Part shown: positions 6,915-15,710 of the stretch, piece by piece
Layout: each line of letters opens with the position of its first letter
Position numbering within the stretch: the first letter of the stretch is position 1
IMG/VR virus record: IMGVR_UViG_3300027744_000006
Location: 1 to 33,718 of that record
Direction: 5' to 3' (one strand)
DNA length: 33,718 nt
Source of the DNA: a virus
Taxonomy: Duplodnaviria > Caudoviricetes
Notes under the pieces: generated by a model
What the model was told of the DNA's origin: nothing
Seen by the model: only the letters and a program-made list of their open reading frames with translations
The model's database searches: none
Program-made: the position numbers and the translations under genes

Positions 6915-9526
6915 CACTTGTTCAAATCTTCAAGTTTGTTTTTGCCTGTTTGCTTGCCAAGGGCAGATGCTTTTTCCATTTCTTTTTCCATTTTTTTTAC
7001 GGCTTTAGCTTCTGCTTTAGCGGCTTTTGCTGTTTGAACTTTTGTGCCAATTTCACGACCGACATATGCACCAGCACCTATTGCCAACGGGCTACCTTCA
7101 CCTAACACGCCACCAATTGCAGCACCCGCAGAAGCCCCCGCACCAGGCAAGCCTTTTTCTAACAAACTAACGCGCCTTGTTTGTTGTCCAGCGCCTTCAT
7201 ATTTCAACGGCGGCGTAAATTGACCAACCAAATTTAATTTCACATATTTTTGCACTTCATTTGGTGGGAATGTTTCTAAAATCTTTTCACCAACAACTGA
7301 AGTCATTGTTTTGTTAACAGAATTAGAATTCCATTCGCCAACTTTGTCAGCGCCAGCTTTGTAAACTTCACGGGCTAATGCCCCATCCATTTCTGCAACA
7401 GCGCCAGCGGCAGCTTGACGCAACTCAGGGGGTACTGGCGGCAATCCCTCTGGCGCACCTCTGACCCGACCATTAGCCAATTCATTAAAAGTATCACGAA
7501 TGTGTCGCCATTCATCTTTTCGCAAATTGTTTAATGATGACAACATTTTTTCGGGGGCAACTTTTGATGTGACATTACCATTTGCATCCACTTCGCCAAA
7601 CAAACGCTTGAATCCAGTTGAACCCAAAATAGTTTTTTCAACTTGATGTATTTTGTCCCCAAGTTTATACATTGCAGGGTCAGCAACCGCCGCAATGTCT
7701 TTATCAATTGCTTGATTAATTGTTCTGATTGATTCTGCTTTTTCGGGTGTCCAAACTCTTGGGCTATTAAAAATTTTACGCACTCTGTCATAAGCGGCAA
7801 CAGACCCAGGTGCTGCAATTTCGCCATTAGGTAATTTGAAACCAGCAGTTTTTGCTTCATTAATTAAATCTTTAGCCGCTTCTAAAAGTTGTGATGTTCC
7901 AGCAGCTTTAAATGTTGCAATTTCTTGAGGGTTTACAAATAACTCATCAACGTTACTTGTATTAATTTTGTTATTCCCTGCATTTTTAAAAGCAGAGTTA
8001 TAGGTCTCTTGTTTAACTTGATTTAAATATCCCGTCAAACTTGATGATGTTAAATCATCAGGTGATTTTCCATATGCCACATCATTGACAAAATTGCCAC
8101 GTTGTTCATCATTTGTAAAAGAACGGCTTGCGCCAGTAGCGTTTACACGTTCTTCAGCAAATTTAGAAAGACCCACTTGCTCGTTGGCAATTTGTTCTTT
8201 TAGCTTTAATCCCAATGGAGAAGGTTCAGCCATGTTTGCCAAACCATGCTCATTGCGTAATAGATTGTCGTTTCCCGTGACCACCCCAGGCCGTGGCTTG
8301 AGTCCAGGCAAAACATCTTGAAAAAGTTGTGACCGTAATTGTTGTTCAACAACAGGCACATCTTTAGGAATTTTTGTAAGTTTTATTTGTGGAAAGGTTG
8401 CGCCAACTCCAGCGCCACGGACAGTTTCCTCGCCTGTAATTTTTCCCAAATATGGGTTGTTTTGCACAGCGGCTGCGCCAGCACTACCTACTGGGGCTTG
8501 CTTGGCCTCAAACTGGGCTTGCGCTTGTTCTTTGGTTAGCTGTCCAGGCTTAACAATTTGCAACTCGGCAGCGGCTTGCTTGATTGGTGTGGTAACAGCT
8601 TGTACCGTTTTTTTAACAACAGGGGCAACTTCTTTAATTGCTTGCGGCACAGCAACAGACCCAATGACCACCATGTTTTTAATGTCTTGTTCGGGTATGC
8701 CTGTCTTTTCAGAAATCTGTTTGGGAGTCATGCCCAACTGTTCAGCCATTTTTTTGACTTGCTCAACAATTGGCTCAGTAACACCGCCCAATGGCTTTTG
8801 ATATGTTTCTTTACCAGTAAGGCCAAAGAATTTGCCCACGGGCTTGTCAATGCTTGCAGCGGCTGCTTGCCCTGTTTGTTCTGCTCGTTCGGGGCTTTGT
8901 GCTGTCCTTGCCAATCCTTGTACAAACGCACCATACGTTGCAGGGACAACCCCATAAAGGGTGTCAATAGCGCCAGCCACACGCTCGGGCATATCGCGCT
9001 TGGTTTCTAACGCACCTTTTAAGAACTTGCCAACCAATTGGCGAACGCCCCCAGGTTCAGTAAATTGTGCCGCTGTTTGTGCAATGGCTTGCCGTGCGCC
9101 ACTTGTGGGCGGTTGTTCAATCGTGGCAGCGGGGGCGGCTTGTGGGGCGACAGGGGCGGCTTTTGCCGCAACGGGTGCGGTGGCAGTCTTACCAGACAAA
9201 AAGGCTTCTAGCGGGTCACCAGAGGCGGCAATTGGTGCGGATGGTTGTGCCGCAGGTTGCGCGGTGGGTTGTGCCTTACTTGCTGGCGCACGGGATATTT
9301 CCCTAGTCAATCCAGCAATGTCGGCTTCCAACCGCAGTTTTTGTTTTGGGTCAGTTGCTTTTGTCAGCGCCGCCTGTGCTTTGCTTAATTCAGATTGCAA
9401 GATAGACAGCGAATCTTTATCCCTCTGGGCCTGTACATCAGACGCAACTCGGGTTGATTCGGCTGGCTTTTTTGGCGGTTCTGCCACCGCTTGACCACCA
9501 AAGAATTGTTCTAAAACGTCATTCAT
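6914..9526 (-). CDS. Large DNA ejection protein (P22 gp16 position)
   Basis: 870 aa, Ala/Gln-rich and helical, last of three ejection-type genes. Call is by synteny. Confidence 0.65.
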   Translation of the reverse strand: MNDVLEQFFGGQAVAEPPKKPAESTRVASDVQAQRDKDSLSILQSELSKAQAALTKATDPKQKLRLEADIAGLTREISRAPASKAQPTAQPAAQPSAPIAASGDPLEAFLSGKTATAPVAAKAAPVAPQAAPAATIEQPPTSGARQAIAQTAAQFTEPGGVRQLVGKFLKGALETKRDMPERVAGAIDTLYGVVPATYGAFVQGLARTAQSPERAEQTGQAAAASIDKPVGKFFGLTGKETYQKPLGGVTEPIVEQVKKMAEQLGMTPKQISEKTGIPEQDIKNMVVIGSVAVPQAIKEVAPVVKKTVQAVTTPIKQAAAELQIVKPGQLTKEQAQAQFEAKQAPVGSAGAAAVQNNPYLGKITGEETVRGAGVGATFPQIKLTKIPKDVPVVEQQLRSQLFQDVLPGLKPRPGVVTGNDNLLRNEHGLANMAEPSPLGLKLKEQIANEQVGLSKFAEERVNATGASRSFTNDEQRGNFVNDVAYGKSPDDLTSSSLTGYLNQVKQETYNSAFKNAGNNKINTSNVDELFVNPQEIATFKAAGTSQLLEAAKDLINEAKTAGFKLPNGEIAAPGSVAAYDRVRKIFNSPRVWTPEKAESIRTINQAIDKDIAAVADPAMYKLGDKIHQVEKTILGSTGFKRLFGEVDANGNVTSKVAPEKMLSSLNNLRKDEWRHIRDTFNELANGRVRGAPEGLPPVPPELRQAAAGAVAEMDGALAREVYKAGADKVGEWNSNSVNKTMTSVVGEKILETFPPNEVQKYVKLNLVGQFTPPLKYEGAGQQTRRVSLLEKGLPGAGASAGAAIGGVLGEGSPLAIGAGAYVGREIGTKVQTAKAAKAEAKAVKKMEKEMEKASALGKQTGKNKLEDLNK

Positions 9527-11028
9527 TTACTAACCCCAGTTTCCGACAGTCTCTTGATGTTTTGATATTTTTTCAAAAAATCATTAAATTGTGCGGGATT
9601 TGGGAAAAGGCGATTTAACTCTGCTTTTTGTTTTGCGGGGTCAGTTATGTCCCGCGTGATGTTTATAGCTTCAAAAATCTTGCTGTCAGCATTAGCGTTC
9701 CATGCTTGCTGATAAGCCTTCATGTTGTTGTCGCCAAATTTTTGGGAAAACTGTTGTGCGCCTGTGGCTTGCATATCCAGATTGGTTTGATCAGCTTGCA
9801 CCCTACGGGCAATTTTTATAAGCACTTCTGGCGGCACTTTAATTGTGCCGTTAGCCACCGCTTGCATATCCAATCCAGCAACAGTATTGCCAGCACCACC
9901 CATTGCCGTGGCATTAGATAACGCAAGGTTTGCCAAGTCTTTGGCAAGCATATCGTATTCACTGCTTTTCATTGCAGACAAAACTTTTTGCTCTAATCGA
10001 CCCATCACGCCACCGCCTGGAAAAAGTAAATTTTCCCCAATGCCAGATGCCGTCTGGATAACTTCTTCCACGTTTCTGCGCCCTTGAGTCAATTTGCCTT
10101 GGGCTTCCACTAATCTATTTCTGTATTCTTGACCAGCCAATTGATCTTTTTGCTCGGTTGGTTCGGCAATGTAAGGTTGATCTGCCCTGCGAACAGGGAA
10201 GGGCAAACGCATACCTGGGGCAACTTCAGCGCCAGCAGTAGGCAACCCGCCAGCACTTGGCCCACCAGTTGGGACGTTGGCTTGCAAACCGCCAGCCATG
10301 CCAATGGTTGATGTGGGTGGTGCAATACCAACTCCAGGCGTGGTGGTGACTGTCTTGCCTTCTGCTGTTGTTGAAATGGTTGGCGCAAATGTGGTTTGTT
10401 GCTGCGTAGGTGTCATGATGGCCTGACTTGCTTTGATCAGCGCATCAGTAACACCTGGGCCTTTTTGCATTTGCGAAAACATAGGCACATAGGCTTTTTC
10501 AACCAAGTTTTTCATTTCTTGATCGTTGGGATTTGTGGCAAGAAAATTTTGCAATTCTCTATTTACAACTGCGGGGTCATCTACACCAAAACGACCAGCC
10601 GCCCCTAAAAAGGATGAAATCAACGCCTTTTTATCTTGGGTTAAATTTTGCTTTGCTCTTAATCCCTCAGTTTGCGCCGTGCCCAAAGTTGTGATTTTTT
10701 GGACGTAATCAGGGCCAGTTAAAGGCGCAATCTTTGGAACTGCGGCGTTGATTTTGTCAATGTCAATGCGCCCATCAGTTTGGAAATTGTTGGGGTCTGC
10801 AAAAAATGTTTGTAGATTTCGGCGCTCAATGTCGCCTTGTTCAACAACGCCTAATTGAATCTGACCAGTTCTGGCGGCTTGTTGTTGTTGCTGTAAAGCC
10901 AGCGGGTTAATTTGTTCGGCTTGCTGATAGGCTTGCGCCCCCCTTGCAATGCCCAGCATATCGGAAAGGGACGTTTGCTGTGGCGGCTTAATGTTTAAGC
11001 CAATTGGTGGAACGTCAAAAGTTGCCAT
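9523..11028 (-). CDS. DNA ejection protein (P22 gp20 position)
   Basis: 501 aa, Gln-rich. Call is by synteny. Confidence 0.65.
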   Translation of the reverse strand: MATFDVPPIGLNIKPPQQTSLSDMLGIARGAQAYQQAEQINPLALQQQQQAARTGQIQLGVVEQGDIERRNLQTFFADPNNFQTDGRIDIDKINAAVPKIAPLTGPDYVQKITTLGTAQTEGLRAKQNLTQDKKALISSFLGAAGRFGVDDPAVVNRELQNFLATNPNDQEMKNLVEKAYVPMFSQMQKGPGVTDALIKASQAIMTPTQQQTTFAPTISTTAEGKTVTTTPGVGIAPPTSTIGMAGGLQANVPTGGPSAGGLPTAGAEVAPGMRLPFPVRRADQPYIAEPTEQKDQLAGQEYRNRLVEAQGKLTQGRRNVEEVIQTASGIGENLLFPGGGVMGRLEQKVLSAMKSSEYDMLAKDLANLALSNATAMGGAGNTVAGLDMQAVANGTIKVPPEVLIKIARRVQADQTNLDMQATGAQQFSQKFGDNNMKAYQQAWNANADSKIFEAINITRDITDPAKQKAELNRLFPNPAQFNDFLKKYQNIKRLSETGVSK

Positions 11029-11031
11029 TTT

Positions 11032-11808
11032 TTATCCTACAACAAACTGGCTAAACCCTGCATCGTTATAACCTGTGGGCAAGTTCATCATTCCAGCAGT
11101 CCCCCCCTGTGGGCGCAATAGTGCCCCCAAAGTTGCGGCATTGCCAATGCCTTGATAACCCCCTGCCATAGCGTTTGCAGCGCCAATTTGACCAGCGCCA
11201 AGGGCAGATGCACCCCCAATGCCCAGTTGCCCAATATTGGCAGCAGTGCCTGTGCCAAGGTTTGCGGTCTGCCCCGTGGCGGTTTGCCCAATGCCAGCAA
11301 TACCTGCCAATCGGTTGTAAACGTTTCCAAGGCCAGTTTGCTGTTGGTTAAACTTTTGCGCTTCTTGCGTCATGTAATTTTGCAAGGCGTTTTGGTAGGC
11401 ATTGCTTGCGTAATCCTCGGCAAACTTAATTCCGCCTCGCTCAACGTTAGACCCGCCTCCGCCAACGTTTAAGGCTTGACGGGTTGCGCCTAAACCTTGA
11501 CCCTTCATAAACTCATAGTTTGGGGCAAGATTTGTTTTTAGATCGGCGGCAGTAAATGGCCTGTACCCTGCTGGCAATTCTGTCAATTGCGGCAACATTT
11601 GCCCAATTCTGGTAAGCGCACCAGTTCCAGCAACGCGATATGGTTCTTGTTGCTTGTTCAGAATGTCAAACATTTCCCGTTGTACACGGGCGGCATCCTG
11701 AGTGGCTGCATATTGTTGACCAGCGGCAGATGTTGCAGCACCCGCTTGCTGTTGAGAACCCATGTACCCTAATAACGCTGCACCGCCGATGGCCCATGCT
11801 AATGGCAT
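11032..11808 (-). CDS. DNA transfer/ejection protein (P22 gp7-like)
   Basis: Gly/Ala/Gln-rich with a hydrophobic N-terminus, plus QEPYRVAGTGAL, PNYEF and YNRLAGIAGIGQTA motifs. Confidence 0.75.
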   Translation of the reverse strand: MPLAWAIGGAALLGYMGSQQQAGAATSAAGQQYAATQDAARVQREMFDILNKQQEPYRVAGTGALTRIGQMLPQLTELPAGYRPFTAADLKTNLAPNYEFMKGQGLGATRQALNVGGGGSNVERGGIKFAEDYASNAYQNALQNYMTQEAQKFNQQQTGLGNVYNRLAGIAGIGQTATGQTANLGTGTAANIGQLGIGGASALGAGQIGAANAMAGGYQGIGNAATLGALLRPQGGTAGMMNLPTGYNDAGFSQFVVG

Positions 11809-12161
11809 GATGTTTCCTTTCGAATCAAAACTTCGTCAACCTTGGCTGCATCAGTTTCATCTGTTGCATGGATGCAAAACCATTCACAATCTTCAAGTGC
11901 CTCAATTGTGTGGTGAATGCCTGATTTTATTTCTAAACAGGCTGGCGCGGTGTATTCTTTTTGGCCTTCGTCTGTCCGCACAATTACCCGCCCTTTGGCA
12001 AGAATACTTAAATGACTGTAATTGTGGGCATGAGTGCCAGCCACAAACCCCGCTGGGATACGCATCCGCTTGGCATATAGGCCATCAGAAAAGTGATGTT
12101 CAACGCCTAAATCAGCCTCAAACTTGCCTTGGTGGGCAACAAACAAATCAGCATTGTTCAA
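11799..12161 (-). CDS. Cupin (RmlC-like) domain protein
   Basis: HHFSDGLYAK..IPAG...HAHNYSHLSILAKG...GIHHTIEALED..WFCIH. Confidence 0.8.
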   Translation of the reverse strand: MNNADLFVAHQGKFEADLGVEHHFSDGLYAKRMRIPAGFVAGTHAHNYSHLSILAKGRVIVRTDEGQKEYTAPACLEIKSGIHHTIEALEDCEWFCIHATDETDAAKVDEVLIRKETSCH

Positions 12162-12436
12162 AACGTACCCCCTTTGACCCCATTCAAGGCCGTGAAATCG
12201 GTAAACTTACCCGCCGCAGGGGTTGTCAGTCCAATGGTGGAACTGTTGATTATGCTGTTGGTAATGGTCACGTTGGTGATCGACCCACCCGTGATGTTGG
12301 TGTTTTGTACGTTTAGCGTAATGATGTTGGGATTCATCAACCATTGCATCCAAGGAATGCTGGGCCGTCCCGTAGTCGGGTCAAGAAATGACGAATACGG
12401 GATATTGATATTGCTGTTGGGGATTGCGGTTGCCAT
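12158..12436 (-). CDS. Small tail protein with fibre-like repeat (gp26/needle position)
   Basis: Follows gp10. NITGGSITNVTI..IGLTTPAAGKFT and a C-terminal GGTF. Confidence 0.6.
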   Translation of the reverse strand: MATAIPNSNINIPYSSFLDPTTGRPSIPWMQWLMNPNIITLNVQNTNITGGSITNVTITNSIINSSTIGLTTPAAGKFTDFTALNGVKGGTF

Positions 12437-13914
12437 CAGTTGTCCCCAGCAGACATTTTGAGTTCAGCAGACACAATGACCACCTTCACAGGGTCACTAA
12501 TCGCCACTTCAAAAATTCTATCCCGTGCCCAGCCCAGCCGCCGCCAAAGGGCGCGATTGACATAGTTGCCGATCTTTCCCATGCTGACCCAATGCTCATT
12601 TGACCAAGTGCTACCGCCATCATTTGACCAACGCAACATGGCTTGGGGGTCTTGTCCTTGACCAGTATTTAAGCCAACCCCTGGCTGAAACTGAATCTGG
12701 AAAGAATCAAAATATTGGCGCTGGAGGTCTTGGGTCAGGTGAATGGCTCGGCGCAGTCTGCGGATTGTGTTGCCGTTGTCTGTATATACAGCGTTATCTA
12801 AGCTGTAAATCTTGCCGTTTTCAAAGTCACCAACAAGATTTTTATTGCCAAAAAATGCCGCACAGTTTGATCTATGGCGCTTGTAAACCCCTAAATCAGA
12901 ATCCCAAGATAACCATTTGTGCCAGCTTTTTGTGGTTAAGTCATAAACCCAAGTAAGGCCATATTCCCCAACGCTGGGGAAGGTGACCACATACATTTCA
13001 TGGCCTTCAATCTGGTAAGTGTAGGCAATAGCATCATCAGTCACAGAATCTACCAAAGACTGTTCAACAGCGTGGGTGCTGATTCTGACCCAGGTGTAAC
13101 CCTGCATCATTTCAATGGTTGCCGAACCCCTTGTGTCTTTTGCTACACAAGCAAATGTTTCACCCAATCGGGAAAGGGAAAACTTGGCATCAATACCTGA
13201 TTGGCTTGAAGTCCCTGGCACACGCTGGAATGGGAAACTGGTAATCCCTGCGATTACGTTGCCCACATCTGTCCAGACCTCGGTGGTGATTTCACCAATC
13301 AAATACACCTGTCGCTGGTTAACAATTAGCGTCACCAACAGGTCAGATGCCCCATCAGCCGTGCCGTACAGGTCTTGGGTGGATAGACTAGACCCAAGGT
13401 CAGTACAAGCCCAGTTCTGTGTTCCTGGCTCGTTGTAAATGTTGTAGTTGTCAACCACATCAACCACAGATGCGCCCTGCCAAGGGCCGTCTGATGGGGG
13501 TAAGGCGGTAAATGTATTGGTCGCCACAACCCATGTATACCGATTAGGGCCATCCACAATATAGGCGGTCAAGCCATTGGTTGTGTCAATGTTGTCGGAT
13601 ATGGAAACTTGCCCTGCGCTGGTTGTTAGAGTCCCGATTTGCGTGGCAACAAATGCTGTGGTGACCTGATAAACAGCACTTCCTGCCACCGCAATTAGGA
13701 TGGTTTCGCCTGACATGGTGTGCAAGCCCCGCACCTCTGCCGCCGCAAGTTGTACTTCCTCAGTCAGTCCAGGCGTGGGGTATAGCGCCACAATGCCCCT
13801 GTCCCCAGGTTGCTTAGATGTGTCAATCTCAGCAAAGAAATTGATACATTCTTGGTCACCTTGGTAGATAGATGGCGCAACGTAGGATGTGCCGACAAAG
13901 CCAAAATCAGGCAT
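12436..13914 (-). CDS. Packaged-DNA stabilization/tail hub protein (P22 gp10-like)
   Basis: RISTHAVE, YTYQIEGHEMYV, TWVYD..WH and MLRWSNDGGSTWS..WRRLG..RDRIFE motifs. Confidence 0.9.
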   Translation of the reverse strand: MPDFGFVGTSYVAPSIYQGDQECINFFAEIDTSKQPGDRGIVALYPTPGLTEEVQLAAAEVRGLHTMSGETILIAVAGSAVYQVTTAFVATQIGTLTTSAGQVSISDNIDTTNGLTAYIVDGPNRYTWVVATNTFTALPPSDGPWQGASVVDVVDNYNIYNEPGTQNWACTDLGSSLSTQDLYGTADGASDLLVTLIVNQRQVYLIGEITTEVWTDVGNVIAGITSFPFQRVPGTSSQSGIDAKFSLSRLGETFACVAKDTRGSATIEMMQGYTWVRISTHAVEQSLVDSVTDDAIAYTYQIEGHEMYVVTFPSVGEYGLTWVYDLTTKSWHKWLSWDSDLGVYKRHRSNCAAFFGNKNLVGDFENGKIYSLDNAVYTDNGNTIRRLRRAIHLTQDLQRQYFDSFQIQFQPGVGLNTGQGQDPQAMLRWSNDGGSTWSNEHWVSMGKIGNYVNRALWRRLGWARDRIFEVAISDPVKVVIVSAELKMSAGDN

Positions 13915-14467
13915 TGGTTTTCCTTCTGATCAAGGATTTAACGGTTGATTTGTTGGCATTCATTTTTTCGGCAATCAAACTCATGGTGATGCCATTGTTA
14001 CGCATAGACATGATTTCATCAATCTGTGTATTGGTAAAAACAGACCGATGGTGATCTTCACCTGTTTTGTGTTTGACCCTGCCTTTTTCATGCATATCAA
14101 GATTGTTTTCACGCAAGTTCGCCACACGCAAATGCGCTGGATTGCAACAAACACGGTTGTCGCAAAGGTGCATTAAAAACCCTCGGGCTTTTTTGTTGGT
14201 GGGCGCTCTTAATTCAATCATGCCTGGGTTTGCCAAGTTGAAGATAACCCGATGGGCATAGTAACCTTTGTCGCCAATCCAAGTGCGACCATAGCCGCTT
14301 TTTTCGATTGTTCCAATCCAAGGCCAACATTCATCAGGGTTTTTAACATCAACTTTTTTCCATAAGACTTCTGGTGTGTTTTGTAACCTTCCAGGTTTTT
14401 CACCAATTGTCCCAGCGGCAATTCTTGCTTTACGGTCTGCATACTCTTTACGGTGATCTCTTGCCAT
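13907..14467 (-). CDS. Free-standing HNH homing endonuclease with C-terminal HTH
   Basis: ECWPWIG..GYG..AHRV..HLCDNRVCCNPAHL...NNLDM..KGR. SD AAGGA precedes ATG14467. Confidence 0.92.
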   Translation of the reverse strand: MARDHRKEYADRKARIAAGTIGEKPGRLQNTPEVLWKKVDVKNPDECWPWIGTIEKSGYGRTWIGDKGYYAHRVIFNLANPGMIELRAPTNKKARGFLMHLCDNRVCCNPAHLRVANLRENNLDMHEKGRVKHKTGEDHHRSVFTNTQIDEIMSMRNNGITMSLIAEKMNANKSTVKSLIRRKTNA

Positions 14468-14502
14468 ATCAGAATTCCTTTCAGAAAACCTGATATTAAC
14501 AC
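14466..14502 (-). promoter_or_regulatory. RBS/start-sequestering hairpin with overlapping extended -10
   Basis: ATATCAGGTTTTCT-GAA-AGGAATTCTGATAT(G) pairs 13 of 14 positions. TG-T-TAATAT overlaps the 5' arm. Confidence 0.65.
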
Positions 14503-14513
14503 ACTTCCGTAAA

Positions 14514-15701
14514 TCATCTGAAGCCGCCGTCCATAATAAAGCCAGCATCCCTAGCCCTGCCAACCATCAGACTGTCAGGGTATCGGGAAATCTGGGCTGG
14601 GCGCATATTGGTGCGCTTAACCGTGGCTTTGCCTTGCCCTGCATAGGCGTTGATCATGCCGATCTGCACCTGATTGACTTTGCCAAACATAGGCAGCAAA
14701 CGTTCAGCCAAGCACCACCGCAACGCCATGTTGTAGCCTTGGGGCAGTTGGATGGTGTCGTTCAGCGTTGCGAATTCTCTGAAGATTGTCTGGGTGAACA
14801 AGTGCAATTCACCCTGGGACGGGTTGGGGTACACATAAATTGTGCCCAGCAGTTCAGAGGGTTGATAGTAGATCGCCTTTGCCCAAGGGCCATTTAATTG
14901 CTTGATGCCGATGGATTCATATTCTTCAAGGCTAAGAATCGACAAGGGATAGTCAAGATAACCCCCCGCAATGTTTGTCCCGCCTTGCTGAGTCGCCACC
15001 CGCACAAAGCCTGATTCAATTGACAATGGGCGCTCGTAGTAGGCCGTGATTGGAAAAGGAATAATAGTCCCTGTCATAGCAACGCTGCCAACGGTTTGGG
15101 AAACCGACACGGTATAGGTTCCGACCCCGCCAAGACCACTAACAAACGCTGTAATCGTAGTGCCAACGGTGACACCGCTTCCAGCAATTACAGAACCAAC
15201 GCCCAAATAACCAGCAGAAATGGCGCTGACAGTTAAAGTTGTGCCGCTAATAGACCCCGTGAAAGCTGGCGTGGGCGTGGTATTACTGCTGGATAAGGTA
15301 TATGTCCCGCCCTCGTTTACATTGCCCCCTGCGCCCGTTGTGAAGCCCACAATCCTTGTTCCTGATGTGATGCCTGTGCCTGATAGCGTCAGACCGATAT
15401 TTATGCCACCAGCGGTCACCCCATTAGCTGGGACGGTCAAAGTTGTGCCAACAATCGACCCTGTAAATGTCGCCCCCATCTGACCACCTGGGCCAATGGT
15501 GTATTGCACTTGGTTTTGCGTGGTCTGGAAAATAATCTCTGATCGATAGAAAACCATCATGTTTTCATTCGACCATTGGGCGATCATGTCGTTAAGCATA
15601 TCCAAGCCATCTTGCGCCTCATCTGCCGTTGGCACTTCACCAGCGGCAACAGCGCCAATGTCCTTCATGGCTCGGGTGATGATGTCAATCGGCTGGGTCA
15701 T
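14514..15701 (-). CDS. Head-tail adaptor (P22 gp4-like) with tandem inserted domains
   Basis: [28 protein letters not shown]-terminus and [14 protein letters not shown]-terminus, with two internal FTGSIxGTTLTV repeats. Confidence 0.8.
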   Translation of the reverse strand: MTQPIDIITRAMKDIGAVAAGEVPTADEAQDGLDMLNDMIAQWSNENMMVFYRSEIIFQTTQNQVQYTIGPGGQMGATFTGSIVGTTLTVPANGVTAGGINIGLTLSGTGITSGTRIVGFTTGAGGNVNEGGTYTLSSSNTTPTPAFTGSISGTTLTVSAISAGYLGVGSVIAGSGVTVGTTITAFVSGLGGVGTYTVSVSQTVGSVAMTGTIIPFPITAYYERPLSIESGFVRVATQQGGTNIAGGYLDYPLSILSLEEYESIGIKQLNGPWAKAIYYQPSELLGTIYVYPNPSQGELHLFTQTIFREFATLNDTIQLPQGYNMALRWCLAERLLPMFGKVNQVQIGMINAYAGQGKATVKRTNMRPAQISRYPDSLMVGRARDAGFIMDGGFR

Positions 15702-15710
15702 AAATTATCC

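Noticed and set aside
14466-14496. Third Cro operator (shares TATCAG/CTGATA arms with O2)
   Set aside because: Arm spacing is far longer than 4 bp. An RNA hairpin explains it better.
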